Assembly: GCA_023955335.1 (NCBI GenBank)
Contig: JAGSGF010000002.1
Span: 12,410-76,409 of the forward strand
Source: Yoonia sp.
GTDB lineage: Bacteria; Pseudomonadota; Alphaproteobacteria; Rhodobacterales; Rhodobacteraceae
Reading direction: 5' to 3'
Length of the DNA stretch: 64,000 nt
The position numbers and the translations under genes are program-made. Under the pieces are notes generated by a model. That model had not been told where the DNA came from, made no database searches, and worked only from the letters and a program-made list of their open reading frames with translations. Shown here one piece after another: positions 22,062-27,808 of this stretch. The number at the start of each line of letters is the position of its first letter. Positions within the stretch are counted from its first letter, which is position 1.

Positions 22062-23042
22062 CTACCTGCTCCCCTTGTTCATCATTGGCATACCCAGTTT
22101 TGCCGGGTCAATGTCTGCTGCGGGCGCATCTGTGCGGGTTGCCACACGCAATTTGGCCGACCGTGAGCGCGGGTTTGCAGCCAGCTCTTCAGCGTCGGCA
22201 ATGATTGCTTTGCGTTTTTTGACGGTAAAAGCCGCCGCATCCTGGATGGTTTCTGGCGCGTAGCGGTTGGCATTCGCCATGCCACCGGATCGGGCCTGCA
22301 AGAACCGTTTGACCATGCGGTCCTCTACGGAATGGAACGTCACAACGGCCAATTGCCCACCGGGTTTCAGCGCCCGTTCAGCGGCCATCAGACCCATCGC
22401 CAACTCGCCGTATTCGTTGTTTACCGCAATGCGCAACGCTTGGAACGTGCGGGTTGCAGGGTGTGACTGACCGGGCTTGGACCGCGGCAAACAACCTGCA
22501 ACAAGGCTGGCCAATTGCAATGTGGTTGTCAGTGGACGGGCCGCAACAATCGCCTTGGCAATGCGCCGCGATGCGCGTTCTTCACCGTAAAGGAAGATGA
22601 TCGACGCAATATCAGCTTCATCTGCCTCATTGCAGATATCAGCGGCTGTTTTCCCAGTCTGCGACATGCGCATATCCAACGGGCCATCACGCATGAACGA
22701 AAATCCACGCTCTGCAATATCCAGCTGCATGGACGACACGCCAAGATCCAAGACGACACCGTCAAGGTCAGACGCATATTCATCCAGCTTGGAAAACGTC
22801 CCTTCGACGCATTCGATCCTGTCGCCAAAACCGGAAATCCAGTCAGCAGCCATTTCAAATGCAAGCGGATCGCGGTCCACCCCAATGACTTTGTCGGCGC
22901 CAGCAGCCAGCAATTCACGGGTATAACCGCCATTGCCAAACGTGCCATCAAGCCAAACACCCGTGACAGGTGACACCGCCGCAATCAACGGGCGTATCAG
23001 AACGGGAATGTGTGGGGATGTCGGTGTGGCAGCAGACATCAA
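22062..23042 (-). CDS. rsmH: 16S rRNA (cytosine1402-N4)-methyltransferase
   Basis: 326 aa. [10 protein letters not shown] and the SAM motif [11 protein letters not shown]. Confidence 0.95.
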   Translation of the reverse strand: MMSAATPTSPHIPVLIRPLIAAVSPVTGVWLDGTFGNGGYTRELLAAGADKVIGVDRDPLAFEMAADWISGFGDRIECVEGTFSKLDEYASDLDGVVLDLGVSSMQLDIAERGFSFMRDGPLDMRMSQTGKTAADICNEADEADIASIIFLYGEERASRRIAKAIVAARPLTTTLQLASLVAGCLPRSKPGQSHPATRTFQALRIAVNNEYGELAMGLMAAERALKPGGQLAVVTFHSVEDRMVKRFLQARSGGMANANRYAPETIQDAAAFTVKKRKAIIADAEELAANPRSRSAKLRVATRTDAPAADIDPAKLGMPMMNKGSR

Positions 23043-23048
23043 GTCCTC

Positions 23049-23546
23049 CTAGCTTTCTTCCAAAAGGGAAAGCGGATCAAAGTCATCCGGCATATCATCC
23101 AGCCATGCGGACATGTCTTCCGCGACCGTGGCAGTGAATGTGTCAGCCTTCCAAATCTCGAAATGGTCACCCACCCCGCGGAAATATAGTTCGCCATCTT
23201 TCAGGCCCAGCTTTTCGCGCTGCCGGATCGGCATGACCGTGCGCCCGTCTTTGTCGATCTCCATCTTCATGGATTGACCGATATAGAGGTGGGATAGCTT
23301 TTTCTTGGCGGGCGAGCCCTTGGGCATCGCGTTGATCATATCGACCAGTTTACCAAATTCAGCGACCGTATAAACGTGCAACTCTTGCTTAAGGTGCTCG
23401 CCATACAAAAGATACATGCGGGGGTTCAGGCCGTCGGTCCAGTCAGGATCTTGAGATTCCAGTACGCGACGAAAATCGGCAGGGATCGACATGCGCCCCT
23501 TACCGTCCACCTTTTGGGTGTGTTCGCCTGTAAAACTCAGAACCAC
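23049..23546 (-). CDS. mraZ: division/cell wall cluster transcriptional regulator MraZ
   Basis: 165 aa with two MraZ/SpoVT-AbrB repeats (VDGKGRMSIPADFRR and DKDGRTVMPIRQREKL). GTG start preceded by AGAGGA. Confidence 0.9.
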   Translation of the reverse strand: MVLSFTGEHTQKVDGKGRMSIPADFRRVLESQDPDWTDGLNPRMYLLYGEHLKQELHVYTVAEFGKLVDMINAMPKGSPAKKKLSHLYIGQSMKMEIDKDGRTVMPIRQREKLGLKDGELYFRGVGDHFEIWKADTFTATVAEDMSAWLDDMPDDFDPLSLLEES

Positions 23547-23603
23547 TGTCCTCTTGGACCTTTCATTGCCTCGACGTCCAAATGGCGCCGTTAAAAACGT
23601 GTC

Positions 23604-23653
23604 TTCAAAACGAAAAAGGGCGGATTGAAGAAGCTGCCACTACTCAATCCGCC
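23604..23653 (-). terminator. intrinsic-terminator-like hairpin plus U-run about 57 nt upstream of the mraZ start
   Basis: 10-bp stem (plus strand GGCGGATTGA 23619-23628 with TCAATCCGCC 23644-23653) and a 15-nt loop. On the minus strand it is followed by C-TTTTT-CG-TTTT (plus strand 23604-23618). Confidence 0.5.
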
Positions 23654-23879
23654 GCTTTCGTCCCGCTTGTGCGGGTTATGTCCAGCTGCGCGCGCCACCT
23701 GGGGGGATGTCTGCTCGCTCGCGCGCCGGATTCTTCGTTGGGGTAAAGACAAGGCCTGTATGAAACCTGCATTTTGCCGTGGGGTTCTTTGTCGCCCCTT
23801 GTTGTCATGTTCTCGTCGTTACCGTGCATCCTTAATGACTGATGTAAGGCCATCGATCAACAGCTTTTTGGGAATTCAT

Positions 23880-23905
23880 GGTACAATATGGTGTTTTACG
23901 GTGTT
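23880..23905 (+). repeat. three hexamers phased at exactly 10 bp (GGTACA / GGTGTT / GGTGTT)
   Basis: Hexamers start at 23880, 23890 and 23900. They lie in the spacer of the candidate promoter and abut DnaA box 1. Confidence 0.5.
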
Positions 23906-23913
23906 ATCCACAA
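23885..23913 (-). promoter_or_regulatory. candidate sigma70-type promoter for the dcw leader
   Basis: Minus strand TTGTGG (plus 23908-23913), a 17-nt spacer, then CATATT (plus 23885-23890). The -35 overlaps DnaA box 1. Prediction by eye only. Confidence 0.3.
23904..23912 (+). promoter_or_regulatory. perfect DnaA box TTATCCACA (box 1)
   Basis: Exact 9/9 match to the canonical box. An inverted 7/9 match (plus strand TGTGGTGAA) lies at 23922-23930. Confidence 0.6.
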
Positions 23914-24032
23914 CCAGATCTTGTGGTGAATTGTGAAAACGCCACCCCGATAATGTATCCAACCGTGAAACAATCACTACATGTTGTATGTATTGAGGTA
24001 AAATCACAGTGTTCCAGATAATCCCAAAAAAC

Positions 24033-24041
24033 TTATCCACA
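24033..24041 (+). promoter_or_regulatory. perfect DnaA box TTATCCACA (box 2)
   Basis: Exact 9/9 match in the same orientation as box 1, 129 bp away, in the same AT-rich non-coding stretch. Confidence 0.6.
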
Positions 24042-24091
24042 GGCAGCGGTAATTTTGGACAAAATAGGAACATCTATAAAATGGACGAAAG

Positions 24092-24147
24092 GAGTCCCCG
24101 GAATTCCACCGAATCTCGTATTGAGAGCCACGATTCTGTTGTGATTC
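24092..24147. promoter_or_regulatory. cluster of four GANTC (CcrM-type methylation) sites
   Basis: GAGTC 24092-24096, GAATC 24111-24115, GATTC 24132-24136 and GATTC 24143-24147, all within 56 bp. Confidence 0.4.
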
Positions 24148-24166
24148 CAGACATTCCCAGATGGGA

Positions 24167-24655
24167 TCAGTCAGCGAGCCATTTATACATGACCTGCGCA
24201 TCGACCATGCCCAACGCGGGGTGATCAAACGCTTTTGGCAAGGTGCCGACAGTCTCAAAGCCCAATTTATGCCAAAGCCGGATGGCCCCAACGTTCGACG
24301 TCAGTACAAAATTGAACTGCATGGCGCGGTAGCCCTGCGCGCGGGCTTGGGTCTGCGATGCTGCGCACATTTGTGCCGCTACCCCCTGCCCTTGTGCATC
24401 CACACCAACAACATAGCCGCAGTTGCACACATGCGCCCCGCCGCCGCGTTGATTTGTCTTTATATAGTAGGTGCCGATAATCTGGCCTGCGTCCACGGCC
24501 ACATAGCAGGCGGCGGGTTGGTCCATCCAATAAGACAGCGCCGCTTCTCGCGAGATGTCAGGATCAACGGCGTAGGTGTCGCCTGCGCGGAACACAGGTT
24601 CAAGCAGGGTCCAGACGGCATCTGCATCGCTGCGTGTTGCCGTCCGGATCTGCAT
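24167..24655 (-). CDS. GNAT family N-acetyltransferase
   Basis: 162 aa. Acetyl-CoA-binding-like VGVDAQGQGVAAQM and the GNAT beta-bulge region FNFVLTSNVGAIRLWHKLGF. The start abuts the apbC stop. Confidence 0.85.
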   Translation of the reverse strand: MQIRTATRSDADAVWTLLEPVFRAGDTYAVDPDISREAALSYWMDQPAACYVAVDAGQIIGTYYIKTNQRGGGAHVCNCGYVVGVDAQGQGVAAQMCAASQTQARAQGYRAMQFNFVLTSNVGAIRLWHKLGFETVGTLPKAFDHPALGMVDAQVMYKWLAD

Positions 24656-25729
24656 TTAAGCCATACCACCATCGATGAACCGACGCGCCATTGCACGGTA
24701 TGCATCTGCCATCGGGCCGTCCCCCGCCGCAATCGGTGTACCTGCGTCACCCGCAAGCCGCGTATCAAGATCAATCGGCAACGCCCCAAGGAACGGGATA
24801 CCAAATCTTTCGGCGTCAGCCGCTACGCCGCCATGACCAAAGATATGCGCCTCGTGCCCACATTCGGGACATAGATAAGTAGACATGTTTTCAATCATGC
24901 CCAGCACAGGCGTTTTCAGCGTATTGAACATGTCGAGCGCTTTGCGGGCATCCAATAGGGCAACATCCTGCGGGGTGGACACAACGATAGCGCCAGTCAG
25001 CTCCGTTTTCTGACACAGCGTCAGCTGCACGTCGCCCGTACCGGGTGGCAGATCAACGATCAGCACGTCCAGTTCGCCCCATTCGACTTGCCCCAGCATC
25101 TGCTGCAAGGCGCCCATCAACATCGGGCCCCGCCAAACGATTGCCTTGTCAGGGTCCATCATCAGGCCAATCGACATCATCTTGACGCCATGCGCCTTAA
25201 GCGGAATGATCGTTTTGCCGTCAGGGGACGCGGGGCGTTTGCTGACACCCATCATGCGCGGCTGACTTGGACCATATATATCGGCATCAAGCAGACCGAC
25301 GCGGCGGCCTTCACGGGCCAAGGCAACGGCAAGGTTTGACGATACTGTCGATTTACCGACACCGCCCTTGCCAGAGCCAATCGCCAGAATGCGGTCCACA
25401 CCAGTGACCTTTGCAGGGCCAGCCTGCGGTGTCGGATGGCGCCCAACCTTCAAAGATGGCGGCTCTGGCGCCTTGGGTGCAGGGCCGTGGGCCGTCAAAA
25501 CAACGGATACAGACGTGACACCATCCAATGCCTTAACAGCGGCCTCGGCAGCCTGACGCTGTGGCTCCATCTTTGCAGCCATACCCGCATCGGGGGCCTC
25601 AATCACAAATCGGACCGTGCCCGCATCAACGCCAAGCGCACGAATCATATCGCGGCTGACCAGCGTGCCGCCATCCGGCAAATCCAATTTCGCCAACGCG
25701 CCTAGAATGTCATCTTTTGTAATCGCCAT
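24656..25729 (-). CDS. apbC: iron-sulfur cluster carrier ATPase (Mrp/NBP35/ApbC family)
   Basis: Deviant Walker A GSGKGGVGKSTVSSNLA and a CPxC motif (CPECGH). ATG at 25729 preferred over the upstream TTG at 25744. Confidence 0.92.
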   Translation of the reverse strand: MAITKDDILGALAKLDLPDGGTLVSRDMIRALGVDAGTVRFVIEAPDAGMAAKMEPQRQAAEAAVKALDGVTSVSVVLTAHGPAPKAPEPPSLKVGRHPTPQAGPAKVTGVDRILAIGSGKGGVGKSTVSSNLAVALAREGRRVGLLDADIYGPSQPRMMGVSKRPASPDGKTIIPLKAHGVKMMSIGLMMDPDKAIVWRGPMLMGALQQMLGQVEWGELDVLIVDLPPGTGDVQLTLCQKTELTGAIVVSTPQDVALLDARKALDMFNTLKTPVLGMIENMSTYLCPECGHEAHIFGHGGVAADAERFGIPFLGALPIDLDTRLAGDAGTPIAAGDGPMADAYRAMARRFIDGGMA

Positions 25730-25897
25730 GATCCGTCGCCCCAATTCATATCGTGCCTATTTGCATAGCTACATGTCGCAGGTTTAGCCAAAATCGCAAG
25801 GTGGCAAACTGACCTGCACAATTAACCAACACTTTCATGACGTTAGGGCAGCTTTATCTATGCACTTGCTGCATAGCAGCATTGACCAATTGTGGTA

Positions 25898-25926
25898 TTG
25901 TGCAGATGCAGCATTATCCTACATAT
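25898..25926 (+). promoter_or_regulatory. candidate RpoH-type (heat/oxidative stress sigma) promoter upstream of the DUF1127 gene
   Basis: TTG (25898-25900), a 17-nt spacer, then CCTACATAT (25918-25926). This resembles the alphaproteobacterial TTG-N17-CCTATNT pattern. It lies about 60 nt upstream of the ATG. By eye only. Confidence 0.25.
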
Positions 25927-25988
25927 TGATCACAACAGAAGCGGAATACGCCGCAAACGTCGGAAGACACATTAAGAAAGATAGCATC

Positions 25989-26204
25989 ATGGCTTTTATC
26001 ACTGATACACGCACAAACGGCATCACACTGGCACAGCGCTTTGCAGCCTTGCGCGAAAACTTCGCCGCAGCCCGCGCCCAGCGTAAAATATACAACACAA
26101 CAGTTGCTGAGCTGGCAAACCTGTCGGACCGTGAACTTAGCGACCTTGGCCTGAGCCGGTCATCCATCAAAAGCATCGCACTTGACGCCGCATACGGCAA
26201 ATAA
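25989..26204 (+). CDS. DUF1127 domain-containing small protein (CcaF1-like)
   Basis: 71 aa from the internal ATG: MAFITDTRTNGITLAQRFAALRENF...LANLSDRELSDLGLSRSSIKSIALDAAYGK. The C-terminal LSDReLxDLGLsRxxI matches the DUF1127 signature. Confidence 0.85.
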   Translation: MAFITDTRTNGITLAQRFAALRENFAAARAQRKIYNTTVAELANLSDRELSDLGLSRSSIKSIALDAAYGK

Positions 26205-26213
26205 TTAACGCAT

Positions 26214-26520
26214 TTGATGCACACTCCTCCCTGTTTAAGTGCATCAAGTCTGACCCTTCGCGTCCTCCTCCCTGTAGACGCCTAGGGTTATTGGAACGGC
26301 GGCGACACCTACCTCCTCCCGGGTGTCGCCACCACCACCAAGTTTCGGTCCTGCCACCTCCTCCCGGTGGGCCCGATTTAACCACAGCGGCAATCTTACT
26401 CCTCCCGAGTGATCCGCTGTGAGGACGCGGCCCACGTCTTTCTCCTCCCGAGACATATGTGGACCGCCGATCATTAAAGACGGTCATGCTCACCTCCTCC
26501 CGAGCATGGCCGTTTTTTTA
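26214..26520 (+). ncRNA. array of seven stem-loops with C(C)UCCUCCC loops (CcsR / cuckoo-family sRNAs)
   Basis: Motifs at 26224, 26264, 26312, 26357, 26399, 26442 and 26493. Each sits in or at the loop of a hairpin (for example TTGATGCAC/GTGCATCAA 26214-26247, GGCGACACC/GGTGTCGCC 26301-26330, CACAGCGG/CCGCTGTG 26383-26421). The array begins 10 nt after the DUF1127 stop. Confidence 0.8.
26480..26520 (+). terminator. intrinsic terminator closing the CcsR-type array (also the seventh motif hairpin)
   Basis: 12-bp stem ACGGTCATGCTC / GAGCATGGCCGT (one G-U pair) around the loop aCCTCCTCCC, followed by TTTTTTT (26513-26519). Confidence 0.8.
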
Positions 26521-26683
26521 TGTCCAAATTTTCGCAGTACTCCGCGACGGAAATGCGCGGCCCACCCGTTCAATGATCACACCACCAACAAAGGGCCGTG
26601 ATCATGCAGCTAATTCCACATATATTTCTGGTACTCGCAGGCGGGCTGAGCCTTGCAGGGGTTCTAACATCGCAAACGCTGCT

Positions 26684-27136
26684 TTAGGCGCGGGTGTCTT
26701 TCGGTGATCCCATCACCATATAACTGGTGATCGACCGGACATGCGGCACAGTACCCAAGACATCTGTATGAAAGGCCTTGTAGGACGGCAAATCGGCCGC
26801 CTCGACCCGAAGTATATACTCAAACGCACCAGCCACGTTATGACATTCGGCCACCTCGGGGGCAGCTTGCATCGCATGCTCGAACCCCTCCTGTGCCGCT
26901 TTGGTATGCTCTGCCAAACCAACGGCAACATAGACGACATAGGCCCGTCCCGTTTGATCGGGATCAAGCCGCGCGCGGTAGCCCTTAATCACCCCACTGC
27001 GTTCAAGCTCTTGCACGCGCCGGAGGCAGGCAGACGGTGACAACCCGACAGCTTCGGCCAGCGACAAATTACTGATACGTCCATCACGCGAAAGAGCACG
27101 CAATATTTTGGCGGATATTTGATCAATCTTGCTCAT
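26684..27136 (-). CDS. Lrp/AsnC family transcriptional regulator
   Basis: 150 aa from the ATG at 27136: MSKIDQISAKILRALSRDGRISNLSLAEAVGLSPSACLRRVQELE (AsnC-type HTH) plus a C-terminal RAM/AsnC_trans_reg domain. Confidence 0.9.
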   Translation of the reverse strand: MSKIDQISAKILRALSRDGRISNLSLAEAVGLSPSACLRRVQELERSGVIKGYRARLDPDQTGRAYVVYVAVGLAEHTKAAQEGFEHAMQAAPEVAECHNVAGAFEYILRVEAADLPSYKAFHTDVLGTVPHVRSITSYMVMGSPKDTRA

Positions 27137-27170
27137 GGATTGCGCAAATAACGGATAACTGCGCAACTTG

Positions 27171-27183
27171 GCAATTCAATTGC
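27171..27183. promoter_or_regulatory. palindrome GCAATTcAATTGC in the lrp/lysE divergent intergenic region (candidate operator)
   Basis: Perfect 6-bp arms, flanked by TGCGCAA direct repeats at 27141-27147 and 27160-27166. Confidence 0.35.
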
Positions 27184-27208
27184 GCCAAAGTCCGTCTATA
27201 GATGCGCC

Positions 27209-27808
27209 ATGACATACACAATTTTCATTTCACTGATCGGGTTCGCCTTTGCGTCATCCATCACGCCCGGCCCGAACAACCTGATGCTCATGGCGTCGGG
27301 TGCAAACTATGGCCTGCGTCGGACCATCCCGCATATGTTGGGCATTAGCATTGGCCACGCGTTCATGGTGTTCATGGTTGGCTTGCTGCTATTGCAGATA
27401 TTCGACACCTACCCTGTTTTGAAAACCGTCCTCAAAGTCGTTAGCGCAACCTATATGCTATGGCTGGCATGGAAAATCGCCAATGCGGTCCCACCAGAGG
27501 CGAAATCGGTCAAAGGCAAACCCTTCACATTTCTGCAAGCCGCCGCCTTTCAGTGGGTCAATCCAAAAGCATGGTTCATGGCCATCACCGCGATCAGCGC
27601 CTATGCGCCGCAATCGTTTGGCGTGACCACAGGGGCTGCCATCGTCGCGGTCATCTTTGCGTCCGTAAACCTGCCATCCGTCACCGTTTGGGCGTGGATG
27701 GGCGTGCAAGTCCGCCGGTTCTTGGGCTCTGCTGGACGCTTGAGAGTGTTCAACATCACAATGGCTGTGCTGCTAGTGGCCTCACTTTACCCCATGCTAA
27801 CGCATTAA
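27209..27808 (+). CDS. LysE/RhtB family amino-acid efflux translocator
   Basis: 199 aa, about 6 TM segments, N-terminal SITPGPNNLMLMASG motif. Divergent from the Lrp-type regulator. Confidence 0.9.
   Translation: MTYTIFISLIGFAFASSITPGPNNLMLMASGANYGLRRTIPHMLGISIGHAFMVFMVGLLLLQIFDTYPVLKTVLKVVSATYMLWLAWKIANAVPPEAKSVKGKPFTFLQAAAFQWVNPKAWFMAITAISAYAPQSFGVTTGAAIVAVIFASVNLPSVTVWAWMGVQVRRFLGSAGRLRVFNITMAVLLVASLYPMLTH

Noticed and set aside
23860-24166. Whether the AT-rich region with DnaA boxes and GANTC sites is the chromosomal replication origin.
   Set aside because: It has only two strong DnaA boxes plus one weak one. I saw no obvious AT-rich 13-mer-type unwinding repeats or TTAA-N7-TTAA CtrA sites, and its location inside the apbC / mraZ spacer is not a known alphaproteobacterial origin context. 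A regulatory role at the dcw promoter is the more economical reading. GC-skew analysis of the whole replicon would settle it.
26214-26520. Whether the regularly recurring CCTCCTCCC elements are a CRISPR array or a coding repeat (track ORFs 26167-26493 and 26244-26474 on the minus strand, giving PPGGGG-type peptides).
   Set aside because: The repeat is only 8-9 nt and sits in hairpin loops. Spacing is irregular (35-51 nt), and the flanking stems differ in each unit. No cas genes are present. The structure and the DUF1127 context fit CcsR-type sRNAs. The minus-strand ORFs are just the reverse complement of the motif (GGGAGGAGG giving Gly/Arg/Glu runs).
26604-26687. 27-codon hydrophobic mini-ORF (MQLIPHIFLVLAGGLSLAGVLTSQTLL) between the CcsR terminator and the lrp-family gene.
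   Set aside because: No convincing SD sequence. It overlaps the convergent lrp stop and is too short to evaluate without conservation or ribosome-profiling data.
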